Of a stretch of 62,230 nucleotides of DNA, positions 29,400-39,369 are shown piece after piece. Origin of the DNA: a virus (lineage: Duplodnaviria; Caudoviricetes); the IMG/VR virus record IMGVR_UViG_3300014501_000019, positions 1 to 62,230 of that record; one strand, written 5' to 3'. Position 1 is the stretch's first letter. Every line of letters starts with the position of its first letter. A program made the translations under genes and the position numbers. Below the pieces are notes generated by a model that searched no databases, was not told the origin of the DNA, and saw only the letters and a list, made by a program, of their open reading frames with translations.

Positions 29400-31289
29400 T
29401 TACTCCGAATCGTTTATGGAAGTGTTTGTATTTGGCTGAATAAAAGACTGATTTGGTGAAATAGGAGTATCTGGATTATTCGGAGCATCTCTATAAACAA
29501 CGTCTTGACTCTCAGATACGCCAGGCAAAATGTTTGCATTTTTGTAATCAGCGACACGACTTTGATAACCACCGCCGTATTTCATTTCGGGATAAACTAC
29601 GTTGGTCCCGCTAAATACAGATACGCCATTGCTTAATGTAACGGTGGTTCTAAAAGTCTTAAATCCATTTTGATCGATAAACGCGCTATGCATAAGTTGT
29701 TCGATATGATAAACCACGTTGTCAAATTGTAGGTTATCTCCAACTGCAATAGGTTCCGGTAAGCCAACGAAATTAATGGTTCCACTCATCTTTAAATGGC
29801 CACCTATTAACGCATCTCCAACTATCTTTGCCCAACCAGGCGCGCGGAAGTCTCCTTGAGCACTGGTATCAGGAGCCCTATCGAACTCCGATGTAACTAC
29901 ATATGGTCTTAAACCATTTCTTTTCACATCGTCTATATCGTAAATATAATTCTGTCTAGCGGTTTCGTCTGAAATATCGTAACCCGCTGGCCCATTAACA
30001 GATCTACCATAGTACTGAACAAAGTTAATTCTAGCGACCTCATCTTTACCAAGATCAAAACTGAAGGCTAAAGAAGGACTGATATTCCACCTAGGAACAT
30101 TCATAAACTTAGTCACATGGTAATTGGTTCCACTAACGGAAAAGCCATCTGTGGTAAAAGGGATTTGACGCAATACCATAGTTGGCATCACGCTTCCATT
30201 TGGAGCCACTCGAAAACAAGTATAAAGCTCATTAAGAGGGGAATTAGTAAATTGATTTAAGATTGCCCATGCTTTTACTTGATTCCAATATTCGGGTTTA
30301 GTTACGGTAACACCTTCTACAGGATTATTGGTGAACATGAAACGACCGGTAGTAGCAGTAGCAGTTGGTGGAATTCCTGAAGGGTTCATTCCTTGAGCCA
30401 ATGTCTGATTGGAATTACTTGAGTAGTTCTGTATACCAAAAAGGAAGTTGTATGCGTCTTTAGCAGATGTTAATCCTTGAAGTCCCAATAGGTTTCCAAC
30501 TGCTTGCGGCATATAGAAATGAGTATTAGCGGAAAAAACGGTTTGACCCTCTACTTTTCTTCCCTGATCTGTAAGGCCGGTTCCAATAAAACATTGGATT
30601 AGAGCCTGCAAAACTTGTTGAATTACATTTAAGCCTTTATCTGATTGTATGGCTGCCCAATCTATTCCCAATTGGCTTATAAACAATAAAAGGTTCTGAT
30701 CACTTTGATCTATAAGATAGGGGTTGAAATAAATGCTATTATTAAATTCAGTAAAAGCGAAACCAGTAATTTTTACCGCGTATGTTCTTATACCGGTTTT
30801 AGGATCTGTGGTTAAAACTTTACGAACGCTCTGAACTTTAAAAAAACCCTTAAATCCGTCGTGAATGCCGTTAATTGGTTGTAAATTTCTTGCTCTATCC
30901 GCTACTCCAGTACCTGCTGAGTTCCTCACTTGGTTTTCCCAATTTAAAATGTTCACAAAAACAAAATCACCAGGAGATAATTCGGTTTCATAGTTTACAT
31001 CGGTAATCAAAAGTGTGGCTGCCATAGATGGAGTTAAAACTGTCTTGGCATCTGAAACCGAAAGTTGTATACAATCGTTTTCCACAACCAAAGGTGTTCC
31101 ATTAGGAACCGCTCCAGCAATAGTGAATGAATTGGTTACAGTAGTATCTAAAGTCCTTAAAGTATCTCGTTCAGCCCATCTTAGGAATGTCAATACCCAT
31201 GCAGGACTGGTCTGATGAACCGGCCCTTCTCCTGGACCACTAGCATTTGGTATGATACGATGTACGAATGCCGTATTATTAGTGGCCAC
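29400..31289 (-). CDS. Baseplate hub-like protein
   Basis: GTG start 31289 after GGAGG; C-terminal MSGTINFVG.PEPIAVGD..YHIEQLMH..TTVTL pattern; follows the tape measure gene. Confidence 0.65.
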   Translation of the reverse strand: MATNNTAFVHRIIPNASGPGEGPVHQTSPAWVLTFLRWAERDTLRTLDTTVTNSFTIAGAVPNGTPLVVENDCIQLSVSDAKTVLTPSMAATLLITDVNYETELSPGDFVFVNILNWENQVRNSAGTGVADRARNLQPINGIHDGFKGFFKVQSVRKVLTTDPKTGIRTYAVKITGFAFTEFNNSIYFNPYLIDQSDQNLLLFISQLGIDWAAIQSDKGLNVIQQVLQALIQCFIGTGLTDQGRKVEGQTVFSANTHFYMPQAVGNLLGLQGLTSAKDAYNFLFGIQNYSSNSNQTLAQGMNPSGIPPTATATTGRFMFTNNPVEGVTVTKPEYWNQVKAWAILNQFTNSPLNELYTCFRVAPNGSVMPTMVLRQIPFTTDGFSVSGTNYHVTKFMNVPRWNISPSLAFSFDLGKDEVARINFVQYYGRSVNGPAGYDISDETARQNYIYDIDDVKRNGLRPYVVTSEFDRAPDTSAQGDFRAPGWAKIVGDALIGGHLKMSGTINFVGLPEPIAVGDNLQFDNVVYHIEQLMHSAFIDQNGFKTFRTTVTLSNGVSVFSGTNVVYPEMKYGGGYQSRVADYKNANILPGVSESQDVVYRDAPNNPDTPISPNQSFIQPNTNTSINDSE

Positions 31290-33597
31290 TACCGCCTCCA
31301 GAATCAGGAGAACCAGCACTAGGGGCTGTAGTCGGTGCGTGGCCAAAAACTGGTAAAATATTCTTATTAGCGTATGCCGCTCTTTCGCTTTCAGGCAACG
31401 CCATCATTACGGCATTAAGTTTTTTAATTTGTTCTACGAAATTAGCAGCAGCTCCTGCGGCGGGAACAATAGAATCTTTCATGTCTAAGAAAATTTGATT
31501 AACTGCCTTAGACATCTCAGCACGAATTCTATTGGTCTCATCTTCAGGACGACCTTGGCCAGGACCTTCTAGCTGTTTCCTCTTAGCCTCTTCTAAGACC
31601 GAATTTTGCTTCTGAACATCTCCAGCAGAAAGAGCATCACTGTAAGCGCTTGTCAACTTTTGATATTGACCAAGTTCTGGATGTTCTTTTACTTGAGCTA
31701 TATTAGATATACCTAATGCACCTGAAATTTCATCATAGCTTCCAGGTGAAAGCGGGCCTTGAAATCCTATTGCCGAAGAAACTCCATATTTTTTCTTTAT
31801 ATTAGCAAGTCTATCTCTAGCTATGTCGGATTTTTTAAATAGATTAGCTGATTTACCAGTAATCTTATTCTGTGCATTAATAATATCTTCTGGAGTAGTT
31901 TTACCTCCCAACTCTCTGGCCATTGCTATGATTGCAGGATTATCAGGAGTTAACTGATCTATCGGCATGTTAAAAAGAGCTTCTCTAGAATCTCTGCCAA
32001 GTCTACTAATTGTGGGATCTGATAACATCCCTGCGGCGCGCATTGTACCTCTGGGGCCAGTGGTGGCCATAGAAGTTTGTCTGTAGAGGTCAAAAGCGCT
32101 TTTACCGGCTTCAATACCGGTATTGGTTTTATCGCCAAAGAATTTACCAATCTCACTAAGAAGTTGATCAACGCCTCCACCAGTAGTTACACCGGCAGCC
32201 GAGACCATTTGAGCCGCAGTTTCTACGAACTTCCTATTTTCTTCTCTAAAATCGCTACCATCTAAACCAACTTTAGTTCCCTCAGCTAAGATCTTAACAA
32301 AGGCTTCTTTAGTTGTTCCTGCACCGCCCATGCTTTTAGAAAGAGTTCCTATTACTCCTCCAGCATTGGTCATGTCTAAATTTCTTTGTGCTTGTAATCC
32401 TAAAGCCGCGTTTCCAGTTGCGGAACGCGTTGAGCCTCCAGCACCCATAATGGAACCTGCCATACTCATTCCTTGGATATCCTCAAAACCGGCATCGTAA
32501 ATACTTTTCTTAAATGTACCTCTAAAACTTTGGGTGTTAAGTCCCATTTGCCTTTGAAAGTCTAAGTCTCTTTGAGAATTTCTATTATATTCTTCAGTCG
32601 CCAAAACTTTGGTAGGATTTAATTGCTTTTTAGATTCGTAGTTTCTATTAAAGTCTTCAGCATTTTGCTGCGCAATTAAACTTTCGTATTCATCATTTTG
32701 CTGTTTTGACAGACCTGGAAAAATACCTTTAGTAAGCGCTGACGTGGTTTTGGCTCGCATTCTTTGGCTGCTAAAAAGAGTTCCTAGAGATGCGAGAGCC
32801 GTTCCACCCGCTCCTAGCATTCCAACGCCAGTCCAACCAGCGCCGAGCGCCATTGCACCGGCTCCCATACCTAAAGCAGCGGCGGCAGCGGTTTTAGCTG
32901 CATCCTTAGCTCTCTCAGCGGCTTCTTGTTTATCCGCCATTTCCTTAGCTTCAGTTCTCTCTTTGTTGAAAGCCAGTCTTTCCGGTAAAGAACCGTTGTA
33001 AAGAGAAGACATTTCTCTTCCAACTGTTCCGCTAACTGCGGAGCCACCGGCTAAAAGCGTTCTTGAAGGAGAACCTGCTATTTGATTGATACCTTGAATT
33101 ACAGCAGTCGCGATGCCACCTACGGCTCCAGCAAACCCAACACCTCCAAGTTTACCTTGGGGACCATTTGGGAGCGGCCCATTCACGCCACTTTTCTCCA
33201 TCCTCTGAAGTGTTCCCTGTAAAGTTACTCGCTCTTTTAATAAATTATTTTTTTCTTTTTCGTAAAAAACCTTGTCCTGATCACTCTTACGTTCTTGTTT
33301 AGCGTTGTTAGCAAGCAGTCTGCCTACTTCTTCTAAGTTCTTTTTAGTTTTTTGGTACGCTTCTTGTTCAACTCTTGACTTATTTTCTTGCGCTCTAACG
33401 GCCTGGAAATTCCTTTGAAACTCCCGGTGTGCCTCAGAACCGGCTTGGAATGAGGCTCCTGGGCCGCCGGGCTTAGCAATATTCGGAGTGATGTTCATTT
33501 TTTTAGAGGCTTGTTCGATCTGAGAAAGCGCGGCTTTAACAGTGGCGATTAAGCCAGACGCGTCACCATCGATCTTGAGTTTTATGTCTTGTGCCAT
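31279..33597 (-). CDS. Tape measure-like protein
   Basis: MAQDIKLKIDGDAS N-terminus; Ala/Gly-rich helical sequence with hydrophobic segments; position in the tail module. Confidence 0.65.
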   Translation of the reverse strand: MAQDIKLKIDGDASGLIATVKAALSQIEQASKKMNITPNIAKPGGPGASFQAGSEAHREFQRNFQAVRAQENKSRVEQEAYQKTKKNLEEVGRLLANNAKQERKSDQDKVFYEKEKNNLLKERVTLQGTLQRMEKSGVNGPLPNGPQGKLGGVGFAGAVGGIATAVIQGINQIAGSPSRTLLAGGSAVSGTVGREMSSLYNGSLPERLAFNKERTEAKEMADKQEAAERAKDAAKTAAAAALGMGAGAMALGAGWTGVGMLGAGGTALASLGTLFSSQRMRAKTTSALTKGIFPGLSKQQNDEYESLIAQQNAEDFNRNYESKKQLNPTKVLATEEYNRNSQRDLDFQRQMGLNTQSFRGTFKKSIYDAGFEDIQGMSMAGSIMGAGGSTRSATGNAALGLQAQRNLDMTNAGGVIGTLSKSMGGAGTTKEAFVKILAEGTKVGLDGSDFREENRKFVETAAQMVSAAGVTTGGGVDQLLSEIGKFFGDKTNTGIEAGKSAFDLYRQTSMATTGPRGTMRAAGMLSDPTISRLGRDSREALFNMPIDQLTPDNPAIIAMARELGGKTTPEDIINAQNKITGKSANLFKKSDIARDRLANIKKKYGVSSAIGFQGPLSPGSYDEISGALGISNIAQVKEHPELGQYQKLTSAYSDALSAGDVQKQNSVLEEAKRKQLEGPGQGRPEDETNRIRAEMSKAVNQIFLDMKDSIVPAAGAAANFVEQIKKLNAVMMALPESERAAYANKNILPVFGHAPTTAPSAGSPDSGGGSGH

Positions 33598-33634
33598 CTC
33601 AAATACTCCAGAAGCCGTTTTAAACCACTATATG

Positions 33635-33643
33635 ATAAGATTG
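33635..33643 (-). promoter_or_regulatory. CAATCTTAT motif
   Basis: Heads the tail operon upstream of 33597. Confidence 0.7.
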
Positions 33644-33691
33644 TCGTTAAAATCTTATAGTTGGCCTATACCTATATCACCAAAAAAGTAG

Positions 33692-33720
33692 TTGACGTGG
33701 AGCTGTAGAATATGTAATAT
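33692..33720 (+). promoter_or_regulatory. Sigma70-type promoter
   Basis: TTGACG-17 nt-TAATAT just upstream of ATG 33727. Confidence 0.6.
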
Positions 33721-33726
33721 CTATCT

Positions 33727-33906
33727 ATGGCAACTAAAAATAAAACTAAGAACAAAGAAAATGACAAAGAAATCGAATACTTGGAGAAATTAATCAAATA
33801 TAGTGCCCGCTGTTTAGATGATAAATATGAAGTTCTAGATTCTATTTTTGTCGAACAAATCTACAAACTTAAGAAAGAAATCAATAAAATCAAGGAAAAA
33901 CAATGA
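33727..33906 (+). CDS. Hypothetical protein (59 aa)
   Basis: Read manually (MATKNKTK...); ATGA overlap with the next gene. Confidence 0.6.
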   Translation: MATKNKTKNKENDKEIEYLEKLIKYSARCLDDKYEVLDSIFVEQIYKLKKEINKIKEKQ

Positions 33907-34424
33907 GTTACAAAAAACTTGGTTTTCTATTTGTAATCGCAGCGATTGTAGGGTTCGCAACTTCTATCCTATTGAATCTAGCGTATGCCGATGAGGCCTT
34001 CGTAGGATATGGCGTTGGTATCTTTAGAGGCGCTGATCAATTCTTAGGCCAAACCAAATATGCTAGTATTGGATACCGGGATTTTCTTTACGAAGGTCTT
34101 TATTGGCAAAGCAAACTTGGATTTATTGGCGAAGGAAGTGCGGACCAAACCAGAAAAAGTGGGGGTTGGACCAGTAGTGGATTTGGCTTAGAAACAAATC
34201 TTTCGCCAGTTGAACTAAGAGGCGGGGCGGCATTGGCTGCAATTACTACTCCCGATAGTCAACTTGGAGGGTATTTTGAATTTAATGAAGATGTTAGTAT
34301 TGGTCTGCGTGATACAAGAGGGGATGGAATTGCTTTACAATATAATCACATCAGCTGTGCCAGTCTATGCTCACCGAATTTAGGCCGGGATGCTGTTATG
34401 TTGGAACTGAGTCAAAAATGGTGA
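33903..34424 (+). CDS. PagL-like lipid A 3-O-deacylase / outer-membrane beta-barrel
   Basis: Signal peptide ending AYA; LGGYFEF..SIG..YNHISCA....PNLGRD; terminal Trp. Confidence 0.7.
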   Translation: MSYKKLGFLFVIAAIVGFATSILLNLAYADEAFVGYGVGIFRGADQFLGQTKYASIGYRDFLYEGLYWQSKLGFIGEGSADQTRKSGGWTSSGFGLETNLSPVELRGGAALAAITTPDSQLGGYFEFNEDVSIGLRDTRGDGIALQYNHISCASLCSPNLGRDAVMLELSQKW

Positions 34425-34427
34425 GAC

Positions 34428-34748
34428 ATGTCGAATAATTACGATTATGAAGCAAATAGAATGAACGCATTTTTAGTGAATATGGTCAGAGAATTGTTGT
34501 TAGATAAAAAGTCGGTTTACTACATTGATCAGAATAGAGATCGTAGGGCTGCAATAAGTGCGATTACTAGAGATTACTTTAGATTGGAAGTAACAAACGG
34601 TGCCCTATCTGGAAAAGGCAGTCTTCATTATAATGTTTTAATTGTTATTAATGAACACGAAGTTTCAGAGTCTCTAAGAAAAGAATGGGACAGTATTCCG
34701 AGTTTCTACAACGGTATTCACCCCTGCACTATACGAATTAGTATTTAG
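34428..34748 (+). CDS. Hypothetical protein
   Basis: ORF in operon. Confidence 0.6.
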   Translation: MSNNYDYEANRMNAFLVNMVRELLLDKKSVYYIDQNRDRRAAISAITRDYFRLEVTNGALSGKGSLHYNVLIVINEHEVSESLRKEWDSIPSFYNGIHPCTIRISI

Positions 34749-34773
34749 GGTGGCAATATGAAAATGGTGAATT

Positions 34774-35205
34774 ATGGATAATGTATTTCATTGGAATATC
34801 ATAGAAGGAAGTGAAAAATGTTGGAAAGATTATGTCAACATGATGACCAGAGGAACCTTTGTTACAGTGCCAACGTCTATCGTTTATCCATATCCTGATG
34901 GCACTACAAGCTCTGTTAAGCCATGCAATGGACAAATTCACTACGTGGGAAACGGCAGCATAGGACTTACAAGGTTTCAATGGGATGAGTATTCGGGAGT
35001 TTGGGTGGATGTCACCCCCTCTCCTGGACCTATTGCTGTAACCACTGGAACAAAAGCTAAAATATACGTGAATGGAGTTTTTGCTGGAGATCTAACTTCG
35101 GCAGATATTAAAATCACTAGCTGCAGTCATGAATGGGTTCCTTATGAAGGTTTTACTCAAAGATATAACTATTGTAAAAAATGCGATATTAAAGATAACG
35201 TATAA
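34774..35205 (+). CDS. Hypothetical protein with C-terminal zinc-knuckle
   Basis: CSHEWVPYEGFTQRYNYCKKCD. Confidence 0.65.
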   Translation: MDNVFHWNIIEGSEKCWKDYVNMMTRGTFVTVPTSIVYPYPDGTTSSVKPCNGQIHYVGNGSIGLTRFQWDEYSGVWVDVTPSPGPIAVTTGTKAKIYVNGVFAGDLTSADIKITSCSHEWVPYEGFTQRYNYCKKCDIKDNV

Positions 35206-35453
35206 TGATCTTCGGACTAGTCTTTCTATTTGGCATAGTCTTTGGACTTATTTTAGTTGCCTACGATGATGGATTACCTTTAGGACTATACCGCAGAATA
35301 CAATGTAAACTTGGTAATTGTAGATATTACATTAAAGTAGGAAAGACGAAGATTAATAAGTATTACTGTATTATTTGTAGGAAGCCAAGAAGTTTTCCTG
35401 TGCTAAAAGTAGTTGACGATGATAAAATGGGCGATAATAAGTTTAGGAGATAG
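35205..35453 (+). CDS. Hypothetical membrane protein
   Basis: N-terminal TM helix, Cys motifs. Confidence 0.6.
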   Translation: MIFGLVFLFGIVFGLILVAYDDGLPLGLYRRIQCKLGNCRYYIKVGKTKINKYYCIICRKPRSFPVLKVVDDDKMGDNKFRR

Positions 35454-35519
35454 TATGAATATTGTTTGCAGAAAATGTCATAAAGTATATGGAGCCTGCA
35501 AGTGTCACAAAGGAAATGT

Positions 35520-35999
35520 ATGCAAGTAAAATTCAAAAAATTACACGAAGACGCTGTTCTTCCAAGTTACGCTAAGCCTGGAGATGCCGGTATGGATCTC
35601 ACAGCAGTAGAAAAAGGTGAAGTTGTTCATTCCAAGGATCTCCTGGTTGATTCCTGGTATTATATAGAATATAAAACAGGCCTAGCGGTTGAAATTCCAG
35701 AAGGTTATGTCGGTCTCATATTTCCACGTTCTTCTATCAGCAAATCCTCTCTTATTTTAGCTAATAGTGTTGCCGTCATCGATTCTGGATATCGAGGAGA
35801 GATCTGTCTTAGATTTAAAATAGACAATGCTCTTATGGACACTTATATGGATGAAACATCTAAGCCCTGTACTTACAAAAAAGGTGACAGAATTGGTCAA
35901 TTAGTAATTTTGCCATTTCCAACTATTGAACCAGAATTTACAGAAGAACTGACCACAACTGAACGTGGTAAAGATGGATGGGGCAGTACTGGCACATGA
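35520..35999 (+). CDS. dut: dUTPase (trimeric type)
   Basis: AGMDL, PRSS, VIDSGYRGEI, GDRIGQL, RGKDGWGSTG motifs. Confidence 0.95.
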   Translation: MQVKFKKLHEDAVLPSYAKPGDAGMDLTAVEKGEVVHSKDLLVDSWYYIEYKTGLAVEIPEGYVGLIFPRSSISKSSLILANSVAVIDSGYRGEICLRFKIDNALMDTYMDETSKPCTYKKGDRIGQLVILPFPTIEPEFTEELTTTERGKDGWGSTGT

Positions 36000-36034
36000 A
36001 AGTAAATTGTGAAATCTTTAACTGTTAGGATAAC

Positions 36035-36433
36035 ATGACATACGACAAAGGTCTTAAAAAGAATAAATTCAAAATGGGAGATAGGGTGAAAGCCCTCCCT
36101 TCTTTGGTTGATTGGCATAGCAGTCACCTTGTTTGGTCGTATGCTAGAGTAGTTGAAGGGGAACATAGGGAAAAAGATGAAAGAGATATTACAGAAGAAT
36201 CATTGCCCATACTCTATTTCTGGATTTGGTGTAAATTATTTAATAGAATGCCCAGAGGGGTTGTAACTGGTTTTGGAGAAGAAGACGATAAGGATGGCGA
36301 GAAGAGCGGTATTAGGTGTGTTTGGGTGGAATTCCATATCTTTACTGAGTTTGGTAAAGTTGAATACAGTACTTACGTAGAAGAAAAAGATTTGGTAGCG
36401 GTTAAGAAGAAGGTTAATAAGAGTATCAAATAA
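36035..36433 (+). CDS. Hypothetical protein
   Basis: AGGA RBS. Confidence 0.6.
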   Translation: MTYDKGLKKNKFKMGDRVKALPSLVDWHSSHLVWSYARVVEGEHREKDERDITEESLPILYFWIWCKLFNRMPRGVVTGFGEEDDKDGEKSGIRCVWVEFHIFTEFGKVEYSTYVEEKDLVAVKKKVNKSIK

Positions 36434-36458
36434 ATAAGTGGTGTACTCCCATGTATGG

Positions 36459-36467
36459 CAATCTTAT
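36459..36467 (+). promoter_or_regulatory. CAATCTTAT motif
   Basis: 4 nt before ATG 36472. Confidence 0.65.
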
Positions 36468-36471
36468 CTGT

Positions 36472-37176
36472 ATGAACAAATATACAGATGAACAAAAAGA
36501 ATTAGTGATTACTCTACGAAAACAAGGATTTACATACGAAAAAATAGCTATTATAGTGGGCATCAAAACAGGAACGACTGTCCATAACATTTGCTATGCT
36601 GCCGGTCTTCCTAAAAAACCATATCCTAGAAGAATAGAATATGCGATTGGACAAAAATTCGACTATTTTACTATAATAGCTCCATCTCCAACTATAACTA
36701 CCCATAAAGGAAGAACTTACACTTGTTGGGAATGTAAATGTGATTGTGGTCAAATATTTACTACAACTACAAAGCAAATAGGAAAAGGAATAAGAAAGTC
36801 TTGTGGGTGTCGCAATAGGGATGGTCGATTTAAAAGAGCCGACGGCGATGTGATAATAGCAAAATATAGAGAAAATCACTACAAATCAGGAGCAAAAAGA
36901 AGAAAATTGATTTGGCAATTAAGTTTTGAAGAATTTATGAAAATGCTTTATGCGAACTGTGTTTATTGTGGATCAACTCCTTTTCTCCCAGTTAAAAGAG
37001 GATGTCATGAAAGAAAATCAAATGGTGTGGACAGGATAGATTCAGATTTAGGATATTTTACAGAAAATTGTGTTGCCTGTTGTAGATTTTGCAATCTGGC
37101 AAAGGGAGATAGGACCAGGGAAGAATTTTTGGAATGGATTGAAAGAGTTAAAGCTTTTGAACCAGCTATTAAATAG
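36472..37176 (+). CDS. HNH homing endonuclease with N-terminal HTH
   Basis: GFTYEKIA HTH; WECKCDCG; CVYCG..GVDRIDSDLGY..CCRFCNLAK. Confidence 0.85.
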   Translation: MNKYTDEQKELVITLRKQGFTYEKIAIIVGIKTGTTVHNICYAAGLPKKPYPRRIEYAIGQKFDYFTIIAPSPTITTHKGRTYTCWECKCDCGQIFTTTTKQIGKGIRKSCGCRNRDGRFKRADGDVIIAKYRENHYKSGAKRRKLIWQLSFEEFMKMLYANCVYCGSTPFLPVKRGCHERKSNGVDRIDSDLGYFTENCVACCRFCNLAKGDRTREEFLEWIERVKAFEPAIK

Positions 37177-37828
37177 TGAGTATGACAGGAAAATTCGTAG
37201 GCTCATACAGCTCAGTACAGACACTGGCATTAATAAAATTAATATCACTAATTTTAACCGATATACCTCCACAAAAATGCAAATGGCCAAATACACTAAG
37301 TCGTAAATCTTTCAATTGTTGAATTCTACTATAGAGATCTTTACAGCCCACATGTTCTTGGACGTGTCCATTATGAATGGAGTGCTCAACAATATCTAAT
37401 ATTCCAAATGGCGGCCCATGTGTAATTAGGATTTGCGTCTCATCCGGAATCAAATCCCATTTTTCCTTCAGAGCTTGCCCACGAGGTAAGTTTAGTGCCC
37501 AATTACAAAATTCTGGAGTCCAGCCAGATCCATAAATAAGTTTATCTTCAAACATTACAGAGGAGTCATGTAGATAGGTAACTCCGACATCTTCACACAT
37601 TTGCTTAAATAGTGTTGGTTGTTTCTCCGATAGCCAATCATGATTACCTGGAGAAAGACAGGTCATTTTAAAATTTTTAGCAATTCTACCGAGTTCTTTA
37701 AGTTCAGAAGATATTTCCTGAACGGTCCCTCTAAACGTAAGATCTCCAGCGTGGAGTAACAGGTCTCCTTCTGGAACATTAATCTTCCTAAGTTTGCAGT
37801 GAGTATCTGAAATACAGACAATCTTCAT
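37169..37828 (-). CDS. Calcineurin-like metallophosphoesterase
   Basis: ISDTH, HAGD, GNHD, THGPP, FGHLH. Confidence 0.9.
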   Translation of the reverse strand: MKIVCISDTHCKLRKINVPEGDLLLHAGDLTFRGTVQEISSELKELGRIAKNFKMTCLSPGNHDWLSEKQPTLFKQMCEDVGVTYLHDSSVMFEDKLIYGSGWTPEFCNWALNLPRGQALKEKWDLIPDETQILITHGPPFGILDIVEHSIHNGHVQEHVGCKDLYSRIQQLKDLRLSVFGHLHFCGGISVKISDINFINASVCTELYEPTNFPVILTI

Positions 37829-37984
37829 ATCATTCTCTATTCATTACGTCGTCAAAATTAAGAACTCTTGGAGTAATAACTTCTTCAAACTTTACCAAAC
37901 GTTTGTAGGTACTATAGACGACAAGGCCCAAAAGAATTGTCCAAACCAAGATAAGGAAAATTACCGATTCTTTTCTAACGACTT

Positions 37985-38179
37985 TCAATCCATGCTCCAA
38001 TCATTTGGTTCGGGTTCAGGTTTCTCTTCTACTTTATCAGGATCGTTGTAGTAGTCAAGTTTCTTTATTGCTCTGATATTGGGATCGTTACACGCGAAAC
38101 AAGTGACATCGTCATTAGGTAAGTAGTTGATTTCCCAGGAATAATTGCAATATAGGCAAGTTAGGATATAATTAGTCAA
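37985..38179 (-). CDS. Hypothetical zinc-ribbon protein
   Basis: CLYC..CFAC. Confidence 0.6.
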   Translation of the reverse strand: MTNYILTCLYCNYSWEINYLPNDDVTCFACNDPNIRAIKKLDYYNDPDKVEEKPEPEPNDWSMD

Positions 38180-38504
38180 GAGAGAAACCCATGGAGATCA
38201 TTACATCTAAGACTTCAGTTTTTCTTAGGCTATTGATCAATCTAGCAAAGTCCTTATCTTTTTCGATATGAACTAGGATTGGACCTTTGAAATAACCTGG
38301 ACAATAAACATTGGCTAACCTTAGAAGTCTCTCTCCTTCTTCCTCCATAAATACAGCGTAGTAATCATGGGCAATGCAAGTTAGTCCTTTGCCTACCGAT
38401 AGAAGAGGAATTGTATCTGCGAATTCATAAAACCACTCTTCGAGTCTAATAAGTTCTTTAAGTAGGATTACGTGATTTTCTGGAATATCGCCAAAGGTTC
38501 TCAT
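38172..38504 (-). CDS. Hypothetical protein
   Basis: Coupled ORF. Confidence 0.6.
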   Translation of the reverse strand: MRTFGDIPENHVILLKELIRLEEWFYEFADTIPLLSVGKGLTCIAHDYYAVFMEEEGERLLRLANVYCPGYFKGPILVHIEKDKDFARLINSLRKTEVLDVMISMGFSLD

Positions 38505-39088
38505 AATTTTAACTTAGTGCCCTTTTTAATATTTTCTATAGCCGTAAGTATTTGAAGATTCCAGGGAACGTGGAGTCCAGAAATTTCTTTTCCTTGCAGT
38601 GGCATTATGTGGTCAACATGATGTTTGATACCAGTTTCTTTAGTTAACTTAGCGGCTTTCGTATAGATATCTTCTATTTCTTTTAATTGTTCTCTTGTAA
38701 GCCATTTGGGAGTTCTTTGAAGTTTAGCCGCGTGTCTTTTTGCATTTGTGGCGTTTACTTTTCCACGATTGTCTTCTTGCCATTTAGAGTGTTGTTTTGC
38801 AACATATTCTTTATTTTCTTGGTGCCAAACTGCCTTGTATGCAATAACCTTATCTTTATTTTTTGCGGTCCAGGCAGATGTCCTTATCAAAACTTCTTCC
38901 CTATTCTTTTCATAACTAATATGACTTTTTATTTTTATTTCTTCTTTATTTCTAGTCCTGTAGTCTTTTCGACATGAAAAGCAGTGCGGATTTAATCCAT
39001 CTTTTCTGCCCCTATCTACACCAAAACAAGTACTTGATTGTGGATTAAGCTGATTACAATTTGGATTAGAACACTTTTTTGTTATTAT
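38501..39088 (-). CDS. HNH endonuclease, probable non-canonical ATA start
   Basis: HHVDHIMPL..GLHVPWNLQIL...EN..K; frame stays open upstream through a zinc finger (KCSNPNC..DGLNPHCFSC) to ATA after GAGGA. Confidence 0.75.
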   Translation of the reverse strand: MITKKCSNPNCNQLNPQSSTCFGVDRGRKDGLNPHCFSCRKDYRTRNKEEIKIKSHISYEKNREEVLIRTSAWTAKNKDKVIAYKAVWHQENKEYVAKQHSKWQEDNRGKVNATNAKRHAAKLQRTPKWLTREQLKEIEDIYTKAAKLTKETGIKHHVDHIMPLQGKEISGLHVPWNLQILTAIENIKKGTKLKL

Positions 39089-39093
39089 AAATA

Positions 39094-39345
39094 CTATTCC
39101 TCTAACTCAATACCATCAGTAAAAAAGAATATCTCTCCACTAACTTCACAGATAGCCAGATCGGTCCAACTTCCAGAGATCGAGCATTCGTCTTCGGGCC
39201 ATTCCCTGTTGAAAGCGTCGATAAATTTTCCCATTTCTAATGTAGTCTTGAACTTCTTTACCTTTGGTTCGGTATTGAGGACATAGAACAAAAGATGGTA
39301 GGTCTCTTTTTTAATCTTATTTGGTTTCTTAACAACTTTTTTCAT
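39094..39345 (-). CDS. Hypothetical protein
   Basis: AGGAG RBS. Confidence 0.65.
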   Translation of the reverse strand: MKKVVKKPNKIKKETYHLLFYVLNTEPKVKKFKTTLEMGKFIDAFNREWPEDECSISGSWTDLAICEVSGEIFFFTDGIELEE

Positions 39346-39369
39346 AGGTTCTCCTATTGTAGTATATCA

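Noticed and set aside
30258-30265. TAAGATTG inside the hub gene
   Set aside because: Reads CAATCTTAA, lacks the conserved final T and is far from any start; likely chance.
192-33001. Numerous short plus-strand ORFs antisense to the structural genes
   Set aside because: Shadow frames of Thr/Gly/Ser-rich genes with no RBS or motifs.
15240-33597. Bacterial contractile injection system (eCIS/T6SS/tailocin) instead of a phage
   Set aside because: The context of homing endonucleases, dUTPase, RNR and dense small early genes, with no host housekeeping genes, indicates a phage.
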